From: Octopus vulgaris
Lineage: Eukaryota
NCBI GenBank assembly: GCA_951406725.2
Contig: OX597815.1
Span: forward strand, 187,860,001-187,924,000
DNA length: 64,000 bases
Direction: 5' to 3'
This document shows, one piece after another, positions 24,076-36,581 of this stretch. Under the pieces are notes generated by a model. That model made no database searches. It saw nothing but the letters and a program-made list of their open reading frames with translations, and was not told the origin of the DNA. Made by a program: the position numbers and the translations under genes. Position 1 is the stretch's first letter; every line of letters starts with the position of its first letter.

Positions 24076-24411
24076 TTGAAGAATTTCTTTTAGCTGAATG
24101 AATCAACCTCAGCCTGGTATTCATTCTAACTGTCTCTTTTGCTGAACAACAAATTTATAAGGATGTAAACACACTATCACTGGTTGTCAAGCAGTGGTTG
24201 AGACAAATACACACACACACACATTGTCAGTAGTTCAGATATCTGATATATCATACATCAGATATACTGCTAAGCACTTTATCAGTGTGAAATCAGTGGT
24301 TGCTCTCTGACCAACCATAACTTTTAAATTCCTAGATATATATATATACATATGATTAGATTTGATTTGATCTAGTTTCAGCTCATGAGCTGTGGCCATG
24401 CTGGGGCACCA

Positions 24412-24812
24412 CTATTTATATGTGTCAATGGCCATTGACAAGGTTGCAAAAGCAAAAAAAAATTTTGGAAAGGATAAAATATAAATAATAAATAAGTGGA
24501 AATTGAGCCAGTTTGTGTTAGATATTAAGGCAGTACAACTCTCCTCAGATACAACAAAATTTGTTTCAACACACAAATTCACATAAAGAATCTTGCAAAC
24601 CAGATACAAAAATGAAGTATATATATATATATATTGGGAGAGTTTACGAAAAAAACAAAAGACGAAGACAGGTGGTGCACAAAACAAACAGATGTATTAG
24701 TATAATGCTCAGGAATAGAAAAAGTCTTTTAGGTTTCGAGCCTACGCTCTTCTACAGAAAGGGACACAGAAAAAACAAGGAGAGAAAAAAAATGTGTGTA
24801 GTGGCTAACGAT
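24412..24812 (-). mobile_element. Penelope-like pLTR fragments
   Basis: Shares CAACACACAAA..ATAAAGAATCTTGCAAACCA with 27075-27115; carries a hammerhead-like motif. Confidence 0.55.
24724..24765 (-). ncRNA. Degenerate hammerhead-like motif
   Basis: Minus strand CTTT-CTGTAGA-A-GAGC-GTAG-GCTC-GAAA-CC-TA-AAAG; core position A6 substituted. Confidence 0.5.
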
Positions 24813-25066
24813 ATATATATAAAGCAAATAAGTAACAAGGATGTCCAGGCACATATATATTCTTTTTTTATTATTCTTTTTACTTGTTTCAGTCATTTGG
24901 CAGTGGCCATGCTGGAGCACCACACTTAGTCAAGCAAATCGACCCCCAGGACTTATTCTTTGTAAGCCTAGTACTTATTCTCTTTTGCCAAACTGCTAAG
25001 TTACAGTGATGTAAACACACCAGCATTGGTTGTCAAGCAATGTTAGGGTAGATAAACACAAACATA

Positions 25067-25452
25067 TGGATGGAAGCACTCCGTCGGTTACGACGACGAG
25101 GGTTCCAGTTGATCCGATCAACCTAACAGCCTGCTCGTGAAATTAACGTGTACGTGGCTGAGCACTCCACAGACACGTGTACCCTTAACGCAGTTCTCGG
25201 GGATATTCAGCGTGACACAGAGAGTGACAAGGCCGGCCCTTTGAAATACAGGTACAACAGAAACAGGAAGTAAGAGTGAGAGAAAGTTGTGGTGAAAGAG
25301 TACAGCAGGGATCACCACCATCCCTGCCAGAGCCTCGTGGAGCTTTAGGTGTTTTCACTCAATAAACACTCACAACGCCCGGTCTGGGAATCGAAACTGC
25401 GATCCTATGACTGCGAGTCCGCTGCCCTAACCACTGGGCCATTGCGCCTCCA
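25067..25452 (-). mobile_element. tRNA-derived SINE (family T2) nested in a family A SINE (about 24878-25703)
   Basis: Minus strand GGAGGCGCAATGGCCCAGTGGTTAGGGCAGCGGACTCGC head like T1 but a different tail; TSD ACACAAACATA. Confidence 0.85.
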
Positions 25453-25701
25453 CACACAAACATATACACATACATACATACACAATGTATATATATATAT
25501 ATATATATATACATACATATACATACATACACACATATATATATTTATATATAGGACAGGCTTCTTTCAGTTTCTATTTTCCAAATCCACACACAAGGCT
25601 TTGGCAGCCTGAGGCTATAGTAGAAGACACTTGGCCAAGATGCCATGCAGTGGGACTGAACCTGGAACCATGTGGGAAGCAAGCGTTTTACCACACAGCC
25701 A

Positions 25702-25740
<39 letters not shown>

Positions 25741-26855
25741 CAAGCTTCTTTTAGTTTCCGTCTACCAAATCTCCTCATGAGGCTTTGATCAGCTTAAGGA
25801 TATAGAAGACATTTGTCCAAGGTGCCTTGCAGTGGGACTGAACTTGAAATTATGTGGTTGGGAAGCAAGCCTATACTGCAATGTTTTTTTTTCTTCTTTT
25901 TTGCTCATTATTTTATCCCTGCCAATGAAATGGACTCTTGTGTGCAGATATTCTCATCCACATCCTCATTTCTCAAGCAGCCTTATCAATTCCTGACTAG
26001 CTCTCATACACCCTCCATTAATAAAGAGGCTCTGAATTCTACAATTGGGTTAGAATCTAATAGCATTTAGCAACATTTATTGTAAATGTTATTCATTTCC
26101 TGAAAACACAATGGCAAAGCAGCCACTCCTCCACTGAAAGATAGATATATGTGCACATGTACTTGGTCCCATGCAGAAGCTCATGTTTCAGTCTGATTAG
26201 ATTGCTTGTTACACACACAATACTAAATGTATCATACTTAAATTCATGCTCATTGTAACTAATCTAATTTATGTGTAAACACCTACGTACGAAAGTAGGC
26301 AGAAAATATAATCATGTCAACGATTTTCAATAGCTGCTTACACTTAAAATATTTATGCGGTAATGCATACGTAGATATACGTTTACCCCTTCACACAGGT
26401 GTTAATTAAAATCTAAATTGGAGTAGAAAGCCAAATTATAATTATTACATAAATGATGCTGCATTCTTTTAGAAATTATAGAGCTAAAATAATTCTCATG
26501 CATTCCTAAATTGTAAGAATATTCTCTTGGAAGCCATTCATGTCCAATAAATGATTTCACTGACTGCATACCATTGTATTAGTTTCTTATAACTCTTGTA
26601 AGTTAATTCCAGTAGTATATAATTGGTTTTGATGGTGTCTATTTTAGAGATATGTAACATTTGATTTAAATTAATACTCTACGCTGATATTTTTAGCTTC
26701 AAGAAATAGGCTAACTTTTACATTTTCTAGGTTTGTTTTTCTTTTCAAATAATCTTAAAGTCAATTTATCCTGATTTTTTTTCTGTCATATTTATGTAAA
26801 AGCTATTTATTAAAATATCTAGATTAGTGTTGTTTGTGCCACAAAATAACAACAA

Positions 26856-27130
26856 TATTCTGTTGTGTCTGGGGAGAGTCATTTTCTTTTTGTGCCTTAT
26901 TATGTAACACACTCACCCAGTAACATTTCCACTTTTTTTCTTATTTATATTGTCCTAAAATTTTCGTTGCGTCTTGCAACCTTTTCAATAGTTTTGACTA
27001 TGTCCGTTATTTCCGTGTGTTACATAATAAGGCACAAAAAGAAAATGACTCTCCCCAGACACAACAGAATATGCTTCAACACACAAACTCATATAAAGAA
27101 TCTTGCAAACCAAATCCAAAAACGAAATAT
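26856..27130. mobile_element. Penelope-like fragment with a perfect ~57-bp inverted repeat
   Basis: 26856-26912 is the reverse complement of 27015-27071. Confidence 0.7.
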
Positions 27131-27587
27131 AATAACAATATGTTTTCAATAAAAGTAGTGGTCAGTTTGTGCAGGGCCCTCATAGAAAACTGCAAACTGT
27201 AGTGCATTAGTGAGTTTATTTTCTTGACTGGGGCTTCAGTTCAGTAATACAACAGCTTCTAATACAAATGCTTAGGATCATAATATCATCTGTCTTGTCA
27301 TAATGATTTTGCATTCCTTACCACCCATCAGGCTAGTTTAATAAAGAGTTAAACCTTTTATGGATTGGATGTTAATCTGAAAATCATATAAAGGAAATTA
27401 CTAGTTTGGGCTAATCTCATTTTGGATTATTATGGTTAGCATTATGTTAAGCGTTAAAACACTTACTACCAAAATTATGTTTGCAATTAATATTATATCT
27501 ATTACTTCAAATAGAAAACAATGTAACATTTTATTGTGATCTGTCTGTTTTTTTTTTTTTTTAGTGTTTTTTTTTCTCCCTTATCAG

Positions 27588-27613
27588 GGATTGTTTATTG
27601 AAATCATTTTAAA
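27588..27613 (+). CDS. Candidate 26-nt microexon (GLFIEIIL)
   Basis: Very long polypyrimidine tract ending TTATCAG; AAA|GTAAGG donor; one open frame. Confidence 0.25.
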
Positions 27614-28898
27614 GTAAGGATCATTCCAGAAAAAAATATTACAAATGGCAATTTTGCTAATCCGAAGGAAAATAGCCAAGATCTCTGTAAAATGAAAAGT
27701 TAAGAGAATGAAAGGAGATTGGAACAGTAAATCCCACTCCCCGTTACCCATTTTAGTTGTGTGTCTATAATGGGAAAAATAACATAGAGGGAAGAATTAG
27801 TTCTAAATATATAAGATTTTAGAAAAAAGGTGTTTCAAAGAATTATGGTTTTTAGAGGATAATATTTGCTTCAGTTCTCATTAGAATGAAAGAAAAAGCA
27901 ACTGATACAAGGTAAAATATTCAAGGAACAAAATGAAGGAAAAAAAAAAAAAAACTAGATGAAAAAGGAAAAATACTTTTATGCTAAATGTAAAGCTGTA
28001 AGTCTTATATTTGGTAAGCCATAGGATTAGAAATATTTTTAGATATAATGTGATGGAAGGAATGTTAAATATGTCTAAAGCAAATAATAAAGAATCAAAG
28101 CCTACAAAAAAGTGCTTATGTAATGATGCTGTTACATTAATTATTTGTGAAAATGAGAAAAGGAATAGGAAATATATTTTGGGAGAATGTATAGAGAATT
28201 TGGATGGAATAAAGTGGGTTAAACCAAAAATAAGAATTATCCCTACTGCCAGCAATGGCACATCTGAGTTATTTGTAATAAAGATAAAAGCTGAACAAGT
28301 TATTAGAGAAATACTTGTGCAGGAAGACTGGAGGAAAATGAAAGGGAAAAAAAGTAAAAGACAGTCAAAACCGAAAATTATTAAAGTAAGGAAAATTTTG
28401 AGTGATTCTTGAATATCTAAAGGCTGTGAAACATGAAGGTGGTTTGTTAAGAATTAAGAAGCCCTAACAATTATTAATGCAAAAGAATGTGTTTTAAAAT
28501 TCTTTTCATAGCTAACTAATTATTTGTCTTGGGATTGCTGAAAAAAGGTAAATTACAATTCATTACAAGAGCTGTTTACAATTCCTTACCAGAACTTCCA
28601 AATCAGTCAATCAATCAATGTTGATAATGTAGAGAAAAGACATGGATATTGTTGAAGTGTTTTGAAAGCACTCACATCTTACGTAGCAAAATTTTATATC
28701 AAACTTCAAATCTTGGACATAGGCACATGCATGGCTGTATACAAACATACATACATAGAGATAAATATATATATTGGCCTGCTCGCTTAGCTAGCGGAGT
28801 GGCGTCATTTGAAGGCTAAAACAATGCGAAGCACAATGTGACCAGCAATGCGTAGCAACATCTGATAGCCTGGTCAGTCACGGTGATATATATATATA

Positions 28899-29150
28899 TC
28901 ACTTTCACTTTGATCACTTTGACCGACCAGTCTGTCAGGCGTCCATTTGACACCGCTGGTTACAGCACGCTGTCCACTCCTCTCTGGATCGCGTCTTTCT
29001 CATCCACGTGATCCCAATCGTCCTCTTGAAATCATCACTCCACTGTCGTGGAGGCCTTCCGAGTGGTCTTTTCCGCTCACGCAGGTACCACTCAACAACT
29101 GCGTGCGTCCACCAATTATCGGTGAGCCGGGCGACGTGTCCAGCCCATCT
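28899..29150 (-). mobile_element. RTE-clade LINE 3' end (RT C-terminus)
   Basis: RWAGHVARLTDNWWTHAVVEWYLRERKRPLGRPPRQWSDDFKR...SREEW; short (AAAGTG) repeat tail. Confidence 0.88.
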
Positions 29151-29214
29151 ATACTTATATATATATATATATATACACACACACAATGTGTGTGTGTGCT
29201 GATCTCTAACTGTG

Positions 29215-29612
29215 GAGGTAACCTGTGGTAGAGGTAGATCCAGGAAGACATGGGATGAGATGGTGAAGCAAGATCTTTGAATGTTGGGCCTCACAAAGGC
29301 AATGCAGCCAATGCCAGTATCATTTAACTGGCGCCAGTGACACATAAATAGCACCATTTGAGCACTGGGCCTCACAGAGGCAATGTGGCCAATGCTAGTC
29401 TCATGTAACTGACACCTGTCCTGGTGGCATATAAAAAGCACCATTTAAGTGTTGGGCCTCACAGAGACAATGAGGCCAACGCTGGTGACACATAAAAGCA
29501 CCCATTACACTCTGTAAAGTGACTGGAGTCTGGTGCAGCTCCTCAGTTTACCAGCCCTGGTCAAACTGTCCAACCCATACCAGCTTGGACAATAGACATT
29601 AAATGATGATGA
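29215..29612 (+). mobile_element. Family B RTE 3' end
   Basis: GRGRSRKTWDEMVKQDL remnant plus family B tail. Confidence 0.75.
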
Positions 29613-29944
29613 AGTATGTATAAATAGGTACAAACATGACTGTGGTAAAGATGTTCACTTTGTAACCATGTGGTTTTGGGTTCTGTCCCCCACTGCATGG
29701 CTGCATGTTACTTTGGACGCTATCTTCTGCTATATCCTCTGGGCTGACCAATTGTCTGATACTCTGTTGGTTACAGCAACAAGTGTTCTAGTTGATTCAA
29801 TCAACAAAACACCTTGCTTGAGAAATTAACATACATACGGCTGAGTATTCCACAGACATGTACATCCCTAATCTTTTAGCATTCAGATTATTCTACCAAA
29901 CGTGTTGCTTATATATTCATATTTTGTATTAGTCATGCATGGTT

Positions 29945-31270
29945 AATGCCATTAATATCCCTCTTGAATATTTGCAAGTCAAAACCCTGCAGGAAGGGAA
30001 TTCCAGAAAACCAGCATTCTTGGAAAGAAGGACTCAGTGTACTGATTAATGAAAGGCCCTTGTGGATATGAGAGGGTTTCAACATTAGGCCAATAAGAGC
30101 AAGAGACATGTGTAGGTTGTGAAATCCTGAGATGGGTGGAATAATTTTGCGGGAGATAATGAGTTGATTACTTCAACCCCAGTGTTTCACTGGTACTTAA
30201 TTTATCAACCCCTAAAGGATGGAAGGCAAAGTCGATTTTGGCGGAATTTTAACTCAGAATATAGTGACAGACAAAATACTAATAAGCATTTCACCTGGCG
30301 TGCTAACAATTATTTCCTACTCTAGGCACAAGGCCTGAAATTTGGGGGGAAGGGCCCAGCTGATTATATCGACTCCAGTACGCAACTGGTATTTAATTTA
30401 TCAACCCTGAAAGGATGAAAGGCATAGTTGACCTTGGCAGAATTTGAACTCGGAACATAAAGCCAGATGAAATACCGCTAAGCATTTCACCTGGCATGCT
30501 AATGTTTTTGCCAGTTTGCCGCCTTCACACACACATGACCCTGAAAGGAAGAAAGGCAAAGTCAACCGTGACAGAATTTGAACTCAGAACATAGCGATAG
30601 ATCAAATACCTATTTCTTTACTACCCACAAGGAGCTAAACACAGAGAGGACAAACAAGGACAGACAAACGGATTAAGTCGATTATATTGACCCCAGTGCG
30701 TAACTGGTACTTATTTAATCGACCCCGAAAGGATGAAAGGCAAAGTTGACCTCAGTGGAATTTGAACTCAGAACGTAGCGGCAGACGAAATACCTATTTC
30801 TTTACTATCCACAAGGGGCTAAAGACAGAGAGGACAAACAAGGACAGACAAACGGATTAAGTCAATTATATCGACCCCAGTGCGTAACTGGTACTTATTT
30901 AATCGACCCCGAAAGGATGAAAGGCAAAGTCGACCTCGGCGGAATTTGAACTCAGAACATAGCAATAGATGAAATACCATTAAGCATTTTACCTGGCATG
31001 CTAACGATTCTGCCACCTCACCGCCTAGATGGGTGGAATAAAGCCAGCCAGTTCCAAAGAGCAGAAACCAATATAGTAATAGTAGAAAAAGCAGAGACAG
31101 AGCACTTGTGAGCCATGAGGTTAGGGATCTCTATCAGTGACTTTATTCCGAGTTAGTCAAGATGCCCCTTTCTGGGTGGGATCTAGGATGCATTGTGTGC
31201 AATAGCAGCAGCACCACACCACTGTTCCACTTTTATGGATTTTGGGGAATATACTTAAAAAAAGAAAAGA
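29945..31270 (-). mobile_element. CR1/Jockey-like LINE RT C-terminal remnant split by a SINE concatemer
   Basis: Minus strand FFYYYYIGFCSLELAGFIPP (31030-31090) and SFFPRMLVFWNSLP (about 29992-30033). Confidence 0.6.
30145..31026 (-). mobile_element. Concatemer of about 5 family M SINE units within one TSD
   Basis: AGATGGGTGGAATAA at 30130-30144 and 31027-31041. Confidence 0.85.
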
Positions 31271-31479
31271 CCCCAGGGATGTTTGAACATCATGTTTACA
31301 TTATTATATAGGTTAGTGGCCTTTACATAAAATTGCAACAAATGATTTCATATTATTCATTGTATAAAGTGTTTCAACTGAAATATAATTCAATGAAAAA
31401 AAAGAGAAAAAACAACAACCAAAACCCTTTGAAAACATTTAAAGTAAACTCACATACTATTATAAACTAGTATAATTTT

Positions 31480-31856
31480 ATATATTTCTTTTCACTTTTA
31501 TAATTTTAATCTTTTATATTTCTTCATTTCTCTTAATTTTCCCTTTTGTTTCTCATTTTTGTTTTTTGTTTTTCATTCCTCCCAATTTATTTTCCTCTTA
31601 ACACACTTTCTTTGACTTTCTGTTATTTTCTCTCTTTTTTTTTTCCCCCTTATTTTGTTTCCTTATTTATCTTTTGATTACTTTCATTCAATTTCCTCTA
31701 ACTGTTCTCTTGTTTGGTTTTTCTCTTCTTGGCTTTCTCACATTTCTTTCTTTCCCCCCATTTTCCACTTATGACGTTTTCTTCCATTTTCTTTTCCTTT
31801 TTATTCTCTTCTTCCTTTATTATTATTTTTTTTTTTTTACTTTCCATTATTTTGAC
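31480..31856 (+). repeat. Pyrimidine-rich low-complexity tract
   Basis: About 370 nt dominated by T and C. Confidence 0.8.
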
Positions 31857-32279
31857 AGAAAGTAAAATATAAAATAGAATCCATTACTTGTTCAGGAAAA
31901 TAATAAGATAGTGTTGCATTTCTGTACGTTGAAATATTTAAACTAGAATATCTTTTATATACATACACAGATATATACATACATATACTGACATATATAT
32001 GTATATGTGTGTCTGTATCTGTGTGTGTTAGCTAATCAGTCTATGAGCAAACTTTGAGCAGTAATTATAAGGTTATCAGATGAATTTGGTGTATGCTTGA
32101 TATGTAGCACAAAGCTTTTGTATTTTTATCTCCTTTAAATGCTTTTTACATTGTTAGAGGCCAATCTTTATATAATCGTACCTAAAATATCTTGATTTTT
32201 GGTTCTTTTGCATTCATCAGAGTTTGGGTTTGATAAAGAGAAATGCATTAAAAACACACTGGTACCAAAGAGCTGCATT

Positions 32280-32890
32280 AGTAGAAATGACTAACCTATA
32301 AACGGCAGACAATGTCAATTGGTGTTTCGTTAGAAAATGGCGGGCACCATCAATTTTATGTTTCAAAAAGTTTACGTGGATAAGGCCATCAACAATTGAT
32401 GCCTGAGTGTCTACTTTGGCAAATGTGCTTAAGTGTAAGTGGCCCCTTATCAATGGGAGAAATCATGTTGCAAATGTAAGATTTATAAAGGGATGAAGAA
32501 ACGTTTTTCTGATTTTCCTTCATCATCGCATGAGGTAGACGATGATGATGACACTCTAGATAACACAGAAGAAAGTGATGCTTCAACCAACTCTGGATGC
32601 AAAAAGTTCACTGATTTTTTTCTCCATTTGTGCATTTGTTTGACAACTACACAATGTGGGAATCTCAAATGAATTTATGCTCACACCAGATACAAAGGAA
32701 AGTGAATATTTTATGGACCTTTCAATAAGATTGTAAAATTTATTATGAAAGGCACTGACAACTATTACAGTTATTGTACTTATTCAAAGTGAAAAAAAAT
32801 ATAAAAATAACCCTAAAAAAATAAAAACTGGGGTTTTTGCTCATTTAACACACACATTCATACAACCCTTTTCCACCATTTAAGGGTTAA
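32280..32890 (+). mobile_element. Possible piggyBac-type remnant
   Basis: Acidic stretch SSSHEVDDDDDTLDNTEESD and a terminal AAGGG|TTAA; left end not found. Confidence 0.35.
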
Positions 32891-33171
32891 TAACCCTTGT
32901 CGTTTAGTCTTGATTGAATATTCATATGACATGTGCCTATCCACATCCAGTGCACACAAATACATTAATTCTCAAATTAGATGAAAACCATGGTGAATAG
33001 CGTATGACATGCAGTAGTTTATTAGATAGGATGCAGTGTAACAGTCTGAGCATGTTTTTCTCAACAATACAGAAAATCCAGCAGAGACAGTAATAAGAAT
33101 TAATTAATTTTTTAAAAAACAGAAACAAATTTCAGAGTGCATTTACTGCTTATATACTAAGTCTTTTATCT

Positions 33172-33790
33172 TTTAACTTTTACTAGTTTCAGTCATCAGA
33201 CCGTGGCCATGCTGGAGTAACACCTTGAAGAATTTTAATTGAATGAATCGGCACCAGTATTTTTTAAAAACTTGGTACATATTCTTATTTCTTTATTGCC
33301 CATGAGGGGCTAAACATAGAGGGGACAAACAAGGACAGACAAGCGGATTAAGTTGATTACATCAACCCCAGTGCGTAACTGGTACTTGATTTATCGACCC
33401 CGAAAGGATGAAAGGCAAAGTCGAACTCGGTGGAATTTGAACTCAGAACGTAAAGACAAAATACCGCTAAGCATTTCACCCGGCGCGCTAACGTTTCTGC
33501 CAGCTCGCCGCTTCTTGGTACATATTCTATCGATCTCTTCTGCTGAACCACTAAGTTACAGGGATGTAAATATATCAACACTGGTGGTGGGAGATAAACA
33601 CAGGTACAAAGACATGCACACACACAAATGATGGGCTTCTTCCAGTTTCTATCAAATCCACTCGCAAGGCTTTGGTCAGCCTGAGGCTATATATATATAT
33701 AGTAGAAGACATTTGCCCAAGTTGCTGTGAAGTGGAACTGAACTTTGGAGCCGTGTAGTTGGAAAGCAAGCTTCTTACCACATAGCCATG
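33172..33790 (-). mobile_element. SINE family A with a nested family M SINE (about 33285-33512)
   Basis: CTTGGTACATATTCT duplicated around the nested copy. Confidence 0.8.
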
Positions 33791-34349
33791 CAAACAGCTG
33801 AAGTTAATGAAAATAATTGGCTAATTATATTGTTAAGTGTCGTTTACAAATATAAGGACAATTAAAGATACTAAGACTATTCATAGAACGATCATTTAAG
33901 AGAAAATATTACAGTATTAATGGAAGCTGGGTTACTGCCAAGTTGCTAATGCATATCATAATAGATTCATATTTGAAAATTTTTTATCTACTTTGCTTAA
34001 ATTTATCAGAAATAAAAATGAAACTTGATAATAACAATAAATATATAACTATGGTGAAAATGTAAATACTGTGTGTTTAAAACCTACTTCAATAGCTAAA
34101 GCCTACTTAAAATTAAAACCATCTCATTCTTTAATTAGAGACCTTTTTCATGCCTTATCGCTTAACTTTATAATGCATGTAGCTCTCTGTATATGTGTGT
34201 GTGTGTGTGTGTATCATTGCGCATCGAAAAATTATAACATGTAGATTGATGTCAGCTGTGGTTGAATTATGCCAGTAGTGTGTGTGTGTCTGTGTGCGTG
34301 CATGTGTACATATATTTTGTTCTCCAGTGCACAAATGGGACAACCTGGT

Positions 34350-34830
34350 TGCTGAGATGAATCTTCATTCATGAGGACAGCATCTGAAAGTTTCGCTTTT
34401 TGAGTTGAGGAAATTACCCAGGTTGTGGGAATTTTTTTGATGGATTCTCCTTTCTGCCAAACAATGCTTGCAATGACTGCTTCCATTTAAATATAGTCCA
34501 GGCTGCTCTAGTAATTTCATATTGATTTCGAGGGTATTGCTTCCTCTTTTAATCACCATATATAAATGGTTAATGTTGTAACATTGCATTTCACTTAGAT
34601 TCTAAAAGAGGAACAATGATTATTTCTGTATGTGCATTTCTCCTTTGTTGTTGAACACCACCACCTCTGCTTTGTAGATCATTGCAGTCACCATTCACTG
34701 GGCATTCATTGTGAACTCTACACGAGCATCTTTCCTCTGCCCGGGGCCTTAAGATACTCGCAAAAAATTTTATTTTGAAACAAGGCTTACAGCTAAACAA
34801 GACTCCGTATGTCTTTGCGATTATGCCACT
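34350..34830 (-). pseudogene. Penelope-like GIY-YIG endonuclease region remnant
   Basis: CSCRVHNECPVNGDC and LYLNGSSHCKHCLAER...LNSKSETFRCCPHE match the CNCR..CPL.G.C and Y.NGSK.C.LCL.EK..LNKRSE...CRH motifs of Penelope ORFs. Confidence 0.75.
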
Positions 34831-34955
34831 TGGGAACTAGATACTACTTTGGATCCTACAGAGATTTGAACTCAGAATATAGAGGTGAGAAAGTGGTGTT
34901 GTTGCTTTGCTTGTCACATTTAATTGCCTACAACCAAAACAATATTGCCACATCT

Positions 34956-35167
34956 CTCTCAGATGTACTGATTTTGTCTTTCCTCTGACCCAGAGAAACC
35001 TCTTGATAACTGTGAAAAGTACCCCAGTTGGCTTAAATCAGCTCTGGTTAAGATTAGCATAAGCTCACTTTATCTGTCTATTGCTTCCTCCAAAGACATT
35101 ACTGACTGTTGATGAGTAGTGATGTTACTCTTGTCTTGTTGTCAGAAAAGACAGACACATGCCAAAA
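34956..35167. repeat. About 210-bp inverted repeat, left arm (right arm 36582-36791)
   Basis: CTCTCAGATGT..AGAAAAGACAGACACATGCCAAAA versus TTTTGGCATGTGTCTGTCTTTTCT..ACATCTGAGAG. Confidence 0.9.
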
Positions 35168-36061
35168 ACACTCTTGTATCGGACTAATTATTGACGACAC
35201 AGATGATCGCTAGTTTCCTTGAATTTAAGATATTAGACTAATTTAATAGGTTTAAGTTAACAGGTTGGTAATAAAATAAAACAATAAAAGCTGGATCAAT
35301 TTAATATGCTGAAATATCAATAAAGTCTAATTACAATTATTTTAATGTTTAATATCAGAATGAAGTTTTTAAAAGCTATTTATGTTTCAAATAGAATTTA
35401 AGATAGTTGAAAATATTTTGATGCTTCTGTTAAAAAAAAATATTTAAAACTAATGATATTTTTTATTGTTTAAAACGAAGCTATTATAAGCGGTTATTTA
35501 ATTTATCCTTTTCTATTGAGAAAACTGTATTATACCTATTAGAATGAAAATATTAAAATAAATATTTAATTTATAATCTTACTTCAATTCATAAAAATGT
35601 AATATACTTATTAGTGCATACTGTAATTAAAAAGTATTGCAGAATTTATATGTGTGTGTGTGTGAAAAATATTGAGAAGTTGAAAATGCATAAAAGTTTT
35701 CTTGTGTGTGTGTGTGTGTGTATATGTTTGTGTGTGTGTGTATATATGTATGTATGTGTGTGCACATGTGTGTTGTGTAATTAAAACAAATTCAACTTTT
35801 TAATGTAAATTGGAGAATAATTTTATTCTATGAGTTTATGTGTGTGAGAAATAAGAATATAATGATACGTTTTCACAGAATAAGTTTTTTGGTATCATTG
35901 TTTAATTGAAATTATATTGGTATATGTATTCTTAAGATGAGTTTTGGCATATATAATCTATGTAAACATATAAAAGTGAGAAGGATAGAAAGGAACTTGG
36001 AAAAATAAGGAGTCAAATGTTGCTTCAAATTATTTGTATAGAAAAGTGTTTTAGCATATAT

Positions 36062-36334
36062 ATTGCCAGCGCCGCTTTGGCTGGCTTCCGTGCTGGTGGC
36101 ACGTAAAAAGCACCAACCGATCGTGGCTGTTGCCAGTCTCCTCTGGCCCGTGCCAGTGGCATTTAAAAAGTACCCACTACACTCATGGAATGGCTGGTGT
36201 TAGGAAGGGCATCCAGGTGTAGAAACACTACCAAATCAGACTGGAGCCTGGTGCAGCCTCCTGGCTTCTCGGACCCCGGTCGAACCGTCCAACCCATGCT
36301 AGCATGGAAAACGGATGTTGAATGATGATGATGA
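36062..36334 (+). mobile_element. Family B RTE 3' end
   Basis: Family B tail with (GAT)n. Confidence 0.85.
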
Positions 36335-36581
36335 TTTCTGAGTTTTGTGACTAAAAGGGATTTTCTTTTGTAGTATAAGAAAAAAGTCATTTTTAGCTGA
36401 GCTGGATCTGGTTCCACTGATTTCAGCTTACAGAGTTTTATGGAATTTTCCATATTTTCCCCTCATTTAAAGCAATGTATGGTTTAATGATTAAATAGGC
36501 ATATCACTTAAGACATTTCCAAAACAAAGGACGCAGCCCTCATTTATGATTCTTTGTTGCTTGTGATCTAAAGTAAAGTTC

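Noticed and set aside
28011-28412. 133-aa Lys/Ile-rich ORF
   Set aside because: Non-ATG start, A-rich composition bias, no recognisable motif or splice context
31480-31862. Long polypyrimidine tract ending TTTTGACAG as a splice acceptor
   Set aside because: No plausible open exon with a donor follows; treated as low-complexity DNA
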